IMG/VR virus record: IMGVR_UViG_3300042997_000106
Location: 1-36,544 of that record
From: a virus
Taxonomy: Duplodnaviria > Caudoviricetes
Strand: one strand, 5' to 3'
DNA length: 36,544 bases
The translations under genes and the position numbers were made by a program. Below are positions 1-8,066 of this stretch, piece by piece. The first letter of the stretch is position 1. Each line of letters begins with the position of its first letter. The notes below the pieces were generated by a model. That model worked only from the letters and a program-made list of their open reading frames with translations. It did not search any database and was not told the DNA's origin.

Positions 1-290
1 GTCCGTAATATTATACCATACATTCCCGCCACTCAATACTAAAGTATCTGCTGTGCGTTTTTGTCCGTATTTTTCAGCAGCTAAATAATACGTTCCTGCT
101 TCACTTGGTGCAAAGTAAACATAATAACTACCCGCATTTACATTTGATGCAAAGTATTTAGTAGTACCATCTGCTTTGAATATACAAAGTGAATATCCGT
201 TGCTTGGTGGGTTTAATTCTAATACTGTTGATGTTCCTGTACTATCTTGATAAATTCCTGTAATTTTTGCAGTACCATTTAAGGTAACTG
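1..290. repeat. Direct repeat X, copy 1 (copy 2 at 34413..~34702)
   Basis: 1..120 identical to 34413..34532; then substitutions at 121, 133, 154, 202, 232, 256, 267 (mostly synonymous); similarity fades near 290. Confidence 0.95.
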
Positions 291-1926
291 TACCTAATGT
301 TCTTAAAGTTGAAATGTTAGTTGAAGCTGTTAAAGTTACTCCTGTATTAACTACAATATTCCAATTTTGAGTGTTTAAAGTTCCACCTGTACAAGTCCAA
401 GTATCATTTGAAGTTTTATTTGCAAATTGTGAAATCCACCATCTGTAATAATTCCAAATATCTTGGTATTCTTTATTTGAACTAATTGTAATAGTTCCAC
501 CTGTTGCACCGCTTGGAGTTAAGGTAATTCCTGTTATTGCACTTGCAACTGTTTCTGTAACCGTTGTTGCAGTATCTAATGAAATCATACCTGCTGAAAC
601 ATCTTGAATGCTATTTGAGCCTAAAACAACTGAAACATTCATTGTTTTGTAATTGTATGCTCTACCTTGATACGTTGCTGTACTTAAAGGAAATCTTAAA
701 TTCTTTTTAAATGAACCTTCCCAATACCAAGCCTGTAACGCAGGAGTTGATAAAGCTATTCCACTTGCATTTGTAGTTGTTTCGTAACTGAAAGGGTTTC
801 TAAAATCCCAAGTTTTTAGATTTCCTGCTGTTGTAAAAGTAACCGTTGGGCTGTTTGCAGGTGTATCTGTACAATTAAATCTTACGTTTTCAAGTACTGC
901 ACCACTTGTATCTTTTGCTGTAATTCTTAAATCTTGATATAAAGGCACTAAGTGTTTAACCCAAAAAGTTGAACTTGGGTGTTGTGTGACTACGTTTAAG
1001 TTTGCACCTTTAACACAATTATAGAGTTCAACCCAACCACTTGCAAAATTGTCAAAGTCGTAAGTTCCATCAGGGTTTTCTAAAGCAGAAGCTGCGAACT
1101 TTGCGTCTGCCCCACCAAAAGCAGCACCTACATATTGATAAACGTATTCCGAGCCTATTGCTTTAATACTTGGCGGAACCGTTGGCATTCTAAACAAGTC
1201 AAAAGCTATATCGTATATTTCAACATTTTCAAATATGGCATTTGTAGTGTAACTTCTAAAACGTGCCGAAGATGCTCCAAATTCTTTAGTGTTTCTCCAT
1301 CTTGTTTTATAAGTTCTTGGAGTTGTTCCTGCATCAAAACTTATACCACCCGAACACTGAACCTCACCCCCAATAAAAGTACATTGACCATTATTTTGAA
1401 TAAAAAATGCAGTTGGGTCTGCTCCACTTGTTGTGGTTCTTGTTGTTGCAAAATGCACCCCGTCCCAACGTGGTGTAACTCCATCACTTGCCCAAGCACC
1501 ACTTATAAAGTTACCTGCAAAAATAAATAAATCTAAACAGTGGAAGTTTTGTTGTTGTGGATTTGCGTTGGTTAAAGTTCCTGTAATTTGAACTCTAATA
1601 GCAGGCATATAATAATGGTTTGTTGTTCCTAATGTTTGTACATCAGGTGCTTTAAATGCAGTCCATACAGAAGTACCATCTGTTGTAGTTCCACCATCTG
1701 TAGTTCCATAAGTGGGTGCTGTTGCTGCTGAAGTTCCAGCAGTTGAACATCTATACCAAAAGCCTGTTGGAGTTGGCGGTTTTCTTAACATTGCTGTTGT
1801 ATATGCTGTACTCCTTGCAACTGTTGCCACTGCTGTAATTGCTGTTGCAATACCACCTAATCCTGTATCTGTTCCCGATTGTGTTAATCGTGGTATTCCT
1901 GATGTTACATCGAATGCAAATGCCAT
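1..1926 (-). CDS. Large virion adhesin/tail-fibre-like protein, allele A (642 codons, runs off the window edge; not in ORF track)
   Basis: Hand translation from ATG at 1926 is open to base 1: MAFAFDVTSGIPRLTQSGTDT...GFWYRCSTAGTSAATAPTYGTTDGGTTTDGTSVWTA...AKITGIYQDSTGTSTVLELNPPSNGY...NITD. Last ~95 aa nearly identical to the 915-aa ORF at 33687..36434. Confidence 0.85.
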   Translation of the reverse strand, partial: MAFAFDVTSGIPRLTQSGTDTGLGGIATAITAVATVARSTAYTTAMLRKPPTPTGFWYRCSTAGTSAATAPTYGTTDGGTTTDGTSVWTAFKAPDVQTLGTTNHYYMPAIRVQITGTLTNANPQQQNFHCLDLFIFAGNFISGAWASDGVTPRWDGVHFATTRTTTSGADPTAFFIQNNGQCTFIGGEVQCSGGISFDAGTTPRTYKTRWRNTKEFGASSARFRSYTTNAIFENVEIYDIAFDLFRMPTVPPSIKAIGSEYVYQYVGAAFGGADAKFAASALENPDGTYDFDNFASGWVELYNCVKGANLNVVTQHPSSTFWVKHLVPLYQDLRITAKDTSGAVLENVRFNCTDTPANSPTVTFTTAGNLKTWDFRNPFSYETTTNASGIALSTPALQAWYWEGSFKKNLRFPLSTATYQGRAYNYKTMNVSVVLGSNSIQDVSAGMISLDTATTVTETVASAITGITLTPSGATGGTITISSNKEYQDIWNYYRWWISQFANKTSNDTWTCTGGTLNTQNWNIVVNTGVTLTASTNISTLRTLGTVTLNGTAKITGIYQDSTGTSTVLELNPPSNGYSLCIFKADGTTKYFASNVNAGSYYVYFAPSEAGTYYLAAEKYGQKRTADTLVLSGGNVWYNITD

Positions 1927-2036
1927 TATTTTCTGTCAATTAAAAAGATTAATAATATATATATTTTTCTGAATATCTTGCGAACTACTCCGCCAAAACT
2001 CCCTGCGTATCCTTTCATTAGATGTATGTTAAAGTT
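1914..2036. repeat. Direct repeat Y, copy 1 (123 bp; copy 2 at 36422..36544)
   Basis: Exact match read by eye, ending at the last base of the window. Confidence 0.95.
1926..2018 (-). CDS. 30-aa micropeptide MKGYAGSFGGVVRKIFRKIYILLIFLIDRK
   Basis: Fills the intergenic gap exactly, with TAATG stop/start overlaps at both ends. Confidence 0.6.
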   Translation of the reverse strand: MKGYAGSFGGVVRKIFRKIYILLIFLIDRK

Positions 2037-2470
2037 GTTCTATTATTCCAAACTTGGTTAAATGTTTCGTCACCATTTGCGTATTCGCTTTTTAAGATAG
2101 AACCTGTTTGAGTGTATCTTACTATTTGCCACAAATCTTGACTATCTAAACTACCTATTAACGCTTTACCTACATAAAACAAAGTATCTGAAACTTGGTC
2201 TAACCTTACTGTTAATCTTTTAGCTAAAGTATCGTTTCGTATTTCTTCTAAAATATCTGTTGAATTATCTCTAATAACAGTTAAAAAACCACCTTGATTT
2301 TCAGTTTCATTTAATAAATCATCTAATTGAGCAATCATTGTTACCTGATTGTCTGAAGTAGCTGCTCCACTTGCACCACCAGCAGCTAATGTTACTGGCA
2401 AAGGATTTGTTTCGCTTACCTTTATTCCATTTTGATTAATGGTTACCTGTGCTGCCGAAAATTCACTCAT
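2018..2470 (-). CDS. Hypothetical virion-associated protein (150 aa)
   Basis: Translationally coupled ORF between the head-tail adaptor and the adhesin gene; beta-rich C-terminus. Confidence 0.6.
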   Translation of the reverse strand: MSEFSAAQVTINQNGIKVSETNPLPVTLAAGGASGAATSDNQVTMIAQLDDLLNETENQGGFLTVIRDNSTDILEEIRNDTLAKRLTVRLDQVSDTLFYVGKALIGSLDSQDLWQIVRYTQTGSILKSEYANGDETFNQVWNNRTTLTYI

Positions 2471-2574
2471 TTTTCTATCTTTTTTAAGAATATTTCTAAC
2501 TTCTTTTTGTTTTCTTCTCTTGGCTTTTCATATTTGCCAACCTTTTTTCTTTTCTTACAAAACCCAGCCACCAT
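2467..2574 (-). CDS. Small basic protein (35 aa, MVAGFCKKRKK...)
   Basis: Likely start at ATG 2574 within track ORF 2467..2661; ATGA overlap with the next gene. Confidence 0.45.
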   Translation of the reverse strand: MVAGFCKKRKKVGKYEKPREENKKKLEIFLKKIEK

Positions 2575-3067
2575 AGAAATTGTTTGTATCAGGGTACATA
2601 TCACCACTAGAGTTGCTGTTGTATTCAGGAAAATCTGAATTGTTAAAACATATATAATCAATAAATCTTTGAGTATAATGTTCTGCTATGTCTCGCTCTT
2701 TTTCAACCAAATAATCTATCTCTGATTTTTCTACGCTTGTTGATGCTTCGGCTGTATGCTTAAATACGCCTTTATTAGCTATTGTATAAGCTGCAAAAGG
2801 TAAATACTGCACCATTGCAAAATGTATCAGCATAGGCTTAATATAATCGTTTAAAAGCGTCTTATATTTAAGGTTTCCAATTAAATTAATATCACTATTT
2901 AAAATCAATGCTTGAAACTTATTATATAATTCAGTTCCTAAATAGTTTTGTATAGTTATATCTTGTGCAATTTTGATATATTGTATAAAATCATCTACGT
3001 CTAAATTTCCATTTAGTATAGTGAATTTCTTAATATCTTCTGTACTGATTAATAATGCGTATGCCAT
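2555..3067 (-). CDS. Probable head-tail adaptor/connector protein
   Basis: 170-aa helical protein directly after the portal; AQD...YLGTELY pattern resembles Bacteroidota phage adaptors. Confidence 0.6.
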   Translation of the reverse strand: MAYALLISTEDIKKFTILNGNLDVDDFIQYIKIAQDITIQNYLGTELYNKFQALILNSDINLIGNLKYKTLLNDYIKPMLIHFAMVQYLPFAAYTIANKGVFKHTAEASTSVEKSEIDYLVEKERDIAEHYTQRFIDYICFNNSDFPEYNSNSSGDMYPDTNNFYGGWVL

Positions 3068-3079
3068 TTCTAATTGTTT

Positions 3080-4861
3080 TTATGATGGATATTCTCCTCT
3101 TCCTGCTCTATTAATTGGTGCTGTTTGTGCTGTTGTTAACCCACTAGGATTAGGATTGTAACCCTCAATAGAACTAACCTCATTACTTGATGCTAACGAT
3201 TTATCAGCATAAGGTGTTCCATCTGTTTTAGTTTTTAATCTATAAAGATTTTCATTCCAAAAATGATGACAATATTTACCGCCAGAATATAACCATAAAG
3301 AATAATTTTGTCTATTGTGTCCAAACTCATTATTTACACCTGAAAAACTAGCTTGGTCTATATCTTCTTTTCTATAAACAACACCACTTTCAGTTCTACT
3401 CATCATTTGCTTACAAAAATCCCTCGATTTACTTCTATCAGTTCCATTAATTTCAGAATATTCATATCTTACTTTATAAATATCTTTATCTAAATAAGAT
3501 TTTGCATTTGGGTTTGATTTAATAACACCAGCTAATTTTTTTAATAAACTTTCTTTTTTATTAATTTTTGTATTTGCCCATTCCTCAATAGAAGTATTTG
3601 TATCAGTAAATTGTCTTTTGTCTACTAATTCCCATTCATCATCTATATTCTCACCATTTAAAGATTCAAGTAATTTAGTGCCCTCTTCATCTGTAAAATC
3701 CTCATCACTAGAACAACAAACTTTACTCATTTTAACTCCCGTTTCTTCTTCTCTTGTTTGTGCATTTGTACCACTAGCGTCAATAAATTCTAATGGCTGT
3801 ATAGTCTTAAAATATATGTTTAATGATATACCATTAATAGCTAATATTTCGTCTAATGCTTCGATAATTTCTAGTTGATAAGGTCTAATAACTATATTGT
3901 CCATTAATCTAGTAGCAGTTTCAATTTCATTTGAATTGTTACCTAATCCGCCACCAGTATCTCTAATTCCTAATAACATAGGACTTGTAACTCTATGTCC
4001 TACAATTAATTTCTCAAAACATTCTTTACTTAAATATTCATAGTGTGCCGGTGCATCATTCAAAGGTATGTCATCAACCGTTGTTTTATTTTCTACACTT
4101 GCATTAAACGATACAATTACTTTATCACCTTTTGATCCTGTTAACTTTCTTTTTACATCGTTTGCAACCTCTTGTCTTTTTTCTTCAGGCGGTATATTGT
4201 TATTAAAGTTAATTACTTTAGTACCACTAAAACCATTCATTACATCATTAATCAAATAATCAGATATTTCTTCCTCTAACTTTGCATAAGGTAAAGCACC
4301 AGAATAATCAATAGGAGTGTAATAATGATAACCAGATATATAAGGTTTAATAATATATACCTCAACATCTTTTTGACTACCATATCCAAAAGCAGGTATC
4401 TTTTTTAAGTCATCACCTTTTTTATAATTTGCCCAATCAGGGTGATAATACCACGCTTCAATTTCACCTTTATCGTTACATTTTTCTGCTCTTAAAGTGT
4501 GCATAGGAAAATGCTCAATAAACGCAACTTGCCCTTTATCATATCCTATTTGTAAAGCAGCCATTCCTAAAAGTTTACGTTCTAAAGCTACTTTTCTTAA
4601 ACAATCTTTTTTAACCAAAGAAATCATTTGAGCGTATTCGTTTGGTTTTCTGTTTGAATCAGTTGCATCTATTCCTTTACCATAAACCATATTAGCTATA
4701 CCAGTTATAATAGCGTGGTTAGTATTAGAATATAAAAACCTATCAATTAAATACTGAAAATAGTTATTATCGTTACCATATTCAACAAAATCTTTATTTT
4801 TAGATTCTATAATTACTGGTGAATTGTAAGCACTTAAACTTAAAATGTGTATATTACTCAT
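3080..4861 (-). CDS. Portal protein with C-terminal extension
   Basis: 593 aa; YGNDNNYFQYLIDRF...HAII, YYTPIDY and IVGHRVTSPMLLGI motifs typical of Bacteroidota phage portals; Cys/His C-terminal domain (SRDFC...YSGGKYCHHFW). Confidence 0.8.
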   Translation of the reverse strand: MSNIHILSLSAYNSPVIIESKNKDFVEYGNDNNYFQYLIDRFLYSNTNHAIITGIANMVYGKGIDATDSNRKPNEYAQMISLVKKDCLRKVALERKLLGMAALQIGYDKGQVAFIEHFPMHTLRAEKCNDKGEIEAWYYHPDWANYKKGDDLKKIPAFGYGSQKDVEVYIIKPYISGYHYYTPIDYSGALPYAKLEEEISDYLINDVMNGFSGTKVINFNNNIPPEEKRQEVANDVKRKLTGSKGDKVIVSFNASVENKTTVDDIPLNDAPAHYEYLSKECFEKLIVGHRVTSPMLLGIRDTGGGLGNNSNEIETATRLMDNIVIRPYQLEIIEALDEILAINGISLNIYFKTIQPLEFIDASGTNAQTREEETGVKMSKVCCSSDEDFTDEEGTKLLESLNGENIDDEWELVDKRQFTDTNTSIEEWANTKINKKESLLKKLAGVIKSNPNAKSYLDKDIYKVRYEYSEINGTDRSKSRDFCKQMMSRTESGVVYRKEDIDQASFSGVNNEFGHNRQNYSLWLYSGGKYCHHFWNENLYRLKTKTDGTPYADKSLASSNEVSSIEGYNPNPSGLTTAQTAPINRAGRGEYPS

Positions 4862-5279
4862 AAATAGTGTATTCGTTATTTGTGGTATGCTGTATATATT
4901 GGTCTTTGTTTATAGTGTAATTTGCAATAGTTTGATTAGTACAAAATATTTTATCTCTATAAACCTTTTCAGCTTCATAATCTAAACTTTCTAAAACAGA
5001 ATAAAAACAAGCATAAGATTCAAATATTCCACCATCTGCAATAACTCGGTTTTTAAAATCTATTCCTGCAGTTTTATATATTTCAATAGTATATGTTTTT
5101 CCATCTACTAATGGTAGTAATATTGTAGCAGTAGAATAATAAGAATTAGTTGTAAAATCAACAAATAAAGTTTTAGTTATATTTGTTTCTTCATCTCGCA
5201 ATACAATCATATCACCAGCACCACCATCTAAAATAGCGTTGATTGTGTGTGGCGTAGTTTGTTGTTTTAAGATTATCAT
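4854..5279 (-). CDS. Virion structural protein (141 aa; possible head-closure/neck)
   Basis: Overlaps the portal start; preceded by the late-promoter motif; carries DFKNRVIADGGIFESYAC. Confidence 0.55.
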   Translation of the reverse strand: MIILKQQTTPHTINAILDGGAGDMIVLRDEETNITKTLFVDFTTNSYYSTATILLPLVDGKTYTIEIYKTAGIDFKNRVIADGGIFESYACFYSVLESLDYEAEKVYRDKIFCTNQTIANYTINKDQYIQHTTNNEYTIYE

Positions 5280-5289
5280 TCTTTTTTAT

Positions 5290-5317
5290 TTTAAAAATTA
5301 AAATGTTAAAGTTTTGT
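5290..5317 (-). promoter_or_regulatory. Putative late promoter ACAA-N13-TAATTTTTAAA
   Basis: One of five spaced copies upstream of late genes. Confidence 0.65.
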
Positions 5318-5354
5318 TAATAGCGTTTTTGTATTGTAGAATTTTATATATTTG
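5305..5354 (+). promoter_or_regulatory. Bacteroidota-type promoter (-7 TATATTTG at 5347-5354) with GTTAA-N6-GTTAA box (5305-5320)
   Basis: Matches TAnnTTTG consensus upstream of the plus-strand lipoprotein gene. Confidence 0.65.
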
Positions 5355-5377
5355 TCAAATAATTAAAAAAAAACATT

Positions 5378-5650
5378 ATGAAAAAATTAGCATTATTATT
5401 TTTAGCAGTATTATTTATTAGCTGTTCAGCAGACGAGCCTACAACATCAAATCCAACTCCACCAGTAGATTGTAATTGTGATAGAATTGTACAAATTAAT
5501 ACTTTTAACGTAGTAGGTACACCACAAAATCCTGCATTGAATTATTACTCTGTTTATACTACAATAAACGATTGTACGCAAATTCAAAGGGAAAAAACAC
5601 ACAACACAACTAATCCTGATTTAGTTCCGAAACTTGGTGATTGTAAATAA
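5378..5650 (+). CDS. Cys-rich lipoprotein (moron; possible superinfection exclusion)
   Basis: MKK + hydrophobic stretch + FISC lipobox; opposite strand; own promoter and terminator. Confidence 0.75.
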   Translation: MKKLALLFLAVLFISCSADEPTTSNPTPPVDCNCDRIVQINTFNVVGTPQNPALNYYSVYTTINDCTQIQREKTHNTTNPDLVPKLGDCK

Positions 5651-5687
5651 AAAAAAGGGTAGCTTAAAAAACTACCCTTTCTTATTT
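5649..5687. terminator. Bidirectional intrinsic terminator
   Basis: AAAGGGTAG...CTACCCTTT hairpin with A/T tracts on both sides, between convergent genes. Confidence 0.85.
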
Positions 5688-5703
5688 AAAAAAAGTGCAT
5701 CAA

Positions 5704-6228
5704 TTATGTTCCAGCTACAACTGTAAATCCAGCTAATACTAAAGTAGTATCAATAAAGTTAGCAGGTACTTGTTCCATTCCTGTTAAAGTTAAAGTATAA
5801 CCTGACAAATCACCAAAAGCACCACCTGTTACGATAGTACCACCTGTAACATCCATTCCGTGCTTTAAACCAGCATAGAATAAGTTACCGTTGTTATCCT
5901 CTACAATAACTTGTGGTCTACCATAAGCCATCAATTTTAATTCTTTATGGTCTTTAGGAGTTAATTTCTTAAAAGTCAATTCCAAAACCTGCTCGAAAAA
6001 TGTTGTACCATTCTCACGAGAACTATTTATATTTTGTGTAAAAGTAGAAGCACCTTTTAAATCATACTTGTAAGCGGTAGGAGTACCAGTTACAGTATCG
6101 ATTGCATCGGTATTAGTAGCGTCATAAGTGTAACCTGTTGCATCACCGTAATTAACGAAATAAACAGATTTTAAACCCCCAACGCTATCTTTACAAACTT
6201 CTAATCTTCCACGTGTTAAATCACACAT
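5704..6228 (-). CDS. Major tail tube protein
   Basis: 174 aa; MCDLTRGR..CKDSVGG, ENGTTFFEQ and GYTLTLTGME motifs typical of Bacteroidota siphovirus tube proteins. Confidence 0.7.
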   Translation of the reverse strand: MCDLTRGRLEVCKDSVGGLKSVYFVNYGDATGYTYDATNTDAIDTVTGTPTAYKYDLKGASTFTQNINSSRENGTTFFEQVLELTFKKLTPKDHKELKLMAYGRPQVIVEDNNGNLFYAGLKHGMDVTGGTIVTGGAFGDLSGYTLTLTGMEQVPANFIDTTLVLAGFTVVAGT

Positions 6229-6248
6229 AGTATATATATTTATAAGTT

Positions 6249-6274
6249 AAAAAAAAGGGAGCGGTTAAACTCCC
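6249..6274 (-). terminator. Intrinsic terminator after the major capsid gene
   Basis: GGGAGT-loop-GCTCCC + T8 on the minus strand. Confidence 0.8.
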
Positions 6275-6281
6275 ATTAAAA

Positions 6282-7223
6282 TTATGCCGCAGGAGTGTAA
6301 AGTACAATTTCTGAACCGAAACCGTATTGAACACCAGCTGTAAATCTCATTACGATTCTTACATTTTGTGAACCATCGATGTCAGCCATATCAATCACCT
6401 TAACCTCATTGTGGTCTGCTAATAAACCAGTACCAAAATACAAGTTAGATTTTTGAGCAGCCATCATATAACCGTTAGCTAATCCGTTTGCAACGAAAAT
6501 TTTAACACCATCAAACATTAAATCACCAAAAGATTGATTGTTTCCTTTTGCATCAAAACCAGCAGCACCTAAACCTGATGCACCAAATCCACCTAATGCT
6601 CTTACATACGCTCTGTAAACGCTTTGAGAAACATATAAATATAAATCTTCTTCACCATATAAGTTAGCAGGAATAGCGTCTACTACTTTACCCATTTCGG
6701 CAATTACGTTTCCAGCATTTACACCACCAGCAGCAGGTGAAGCTACATCAATTACAGTTGCATCAGCAGTAGCTAAAGTAACAAATCCGTCAAATTGTCC
6801 AGCAGTAGCATTAACACCACGCCAAATTGAAATTTCATTATTTTGAGCAGCTTTTGCAGCAACGTGTGCTAACAAAAATTCTTGGAACGTTGGAGGTAAA
6901 TTATCAAATGCAGAATATCCCATTGAAATCGCTTCCCAATCTGAACGGAAATCTTTTTTACAAAGTTGTAAATTGATTTGAAATTCCTCCGGTTGTAAAA
7001 CATTTTCTGTTAAAGTTACAGTAGAAGTAGCATCAAAATCACAAGTAGCGTTTTTAACTAAATCATTTGTAGCAATTTTTTTAATAACCTCTTTGTATTT
7101 TACATTCGGTTTTACTTCGATACCACCGTTTTCGATGGTATTAGCTGATAATAAAGCTGCAGAAATATATTTCCCAGCAAACTCTCCAGCATAAGTTGTT
7201 GTAATACTTGTTGTTGTTGGCAT
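6282..7223 (-). CDS. Major capsid protein
   Basis: 313 aa after protease and scaffold; TTYAGEFAGKYISAALLS N-terminus; followed by a terminator. Confidence 0.85.
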   Translation of the reverse strand: MPTTTSITTTYAGEFAGKYISAALLSANTIENGGIEVKPNVKYKEVIKKIATNDLVKNATCDFDATSTVTLTENVLQPEEFQINLQLCKKDFRSDWEAISMGYSAFDNLPPTFQEFLLAHVAAKAAQNNEISIWRGVNATAGQFDGFVTLATADATVIDVASPAAGGVNAGNVIAEMGKVVDAIPANLYGEEDLYLYVSQSVYRAYVRALGGFGASGLGAAGFDAKGNNQSFGDLMFDGVKIFVANGLANGYMMAAQKSNLYFGTGLLADHNEVKVIDMADIDGSQNVRIVMRFTAGVQYGFGSEIVLYTPAA

Positions 7224-7231
7224 TTTTTTAT

Positions 7232-7801
7232 TTATTTAATGTTTGAAATTTTGTTAAGTACACTATCAAAAGTTGATTTTGCTCTTTTTTGAGAAAACAA
7301 ATTCAATTTAACTTCTGATTTAGCTTCAGGATTGTGTGTTAAAGGCTCAATAGATAACTCTACTTTTTCCTCAACTACTTGTTTTGCTAATTCTGTTTTT
7401 AGCGTTTCGATTTCAGCTTTTAAAGCATCTACTTCTTCTTGTGAAAAATGTGATTCTTTTACTACGCTTTCAATTACTTTTTTAGCCACAGTAGCTTGTG
7501 TTGCTGATGGTGCTGATTGCGTTGCTTCAACTTCTTCCTCAACTGCAGGAGCTTCTTCCTCAACAACTGCCTCTTTGATTTCAGCAATAATTCCCTCTTC
7601 GGCTACCATTAGAATCATACCATCTTCAAGCATATATTCCCCAACTGGCAAAGCCACTCTATCCTCACCATTTACGATAAAAATAGATTGTCCTGCTTCA
7701 AAGATTTCAGCTTCAACGATTGTACCATTATCTAAAGCCATTTGCTCGAGTTTGATTTCCATACCCAGCAACTTTTTGATTTCTGTAATTACGTTTGACA
7801 T
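7232..7801 (-). CDS. Capsid scaffolding protein
   Basis: Acidic, coiled-coil-like 189 aa immediately before the MCP; LPVGEY motif. Confidence 0.7.
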   Translation of the reverse strand: MSNVITEIKKLLGMEIKLEQMALDNGTIVEAEIFEAGQSIFIVNGEDRVALPVGEYMLEDGMILMVAEEGIIAEIKEAVVEEEAPAVEEEVEATQSAPSATQATVAKKVIESVVKESHFSQEEVDALKAEIETLKTELAKQVVEEKVELSIEPLTHNPEAKSEVKLNLFSQKRAKSTFDSVLNKISNIK

Positions 7802-7827
7802 TTATATTTAATTTAATTATTCTTAAC

Positions 7828-7853
7828 TTTAAAATTAATTTATAAACTATTGT
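7828..7853 (-). promoter_or_regulatory. Putative late promoter variant (ACAA-N12-TAATTTTAAA)
   Basis: Same bipartite motif, spacer one base shorter, upstream of scaffold/MCP. Confidence 0.55.
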
Positions 7854-7871
7854 TATATTTTTAACAATAAG

Positions 7872-8066
7872 TTATCCGTTTACTCTTGTTATTGTTCTCG
7901 GTGCGTTTGTGTTTGTAACACTTGCGTTTGATTGTTCTGATGTTCTACCAATTCCTTGGTGCAATAATTCACCATTACAACATTCTTTGCTATACGTTTC
8001 ATCGTCGCATAAACAACCACGTTCACCACCTACTGGACTTGTTTTACTTTCTGTTTTCTGACTCAT
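7872..8066 (-). CDS. Small Cys-rich head-region protein (GCLC...CC)
   Basis: Likely start MSQK at 8066 within track ORF 7872..8099. Confidence 0.55.
   Translation of the reverse strand: MSQKTESKTSPVGGERGCLCDDETYSKECCNGELLHQGIGRTSEQSNASVTNTNAPRTITRVNG

Noticed and set aside
1135-1972. Track ORFs 1135..1530 (+), 1712..1972 (+) and 1751..1939 (-)
   Set aside because: Shadow frames of the 1..1926 minus-strand adhesin ORF.
1-2036. DGR or invertase shufflon explaining the two adhesin versions
   Set aside because: No reverse transcriptase or recombinase gene; the repeats are direct; differences are mostly synonymous and not adenine-specific.
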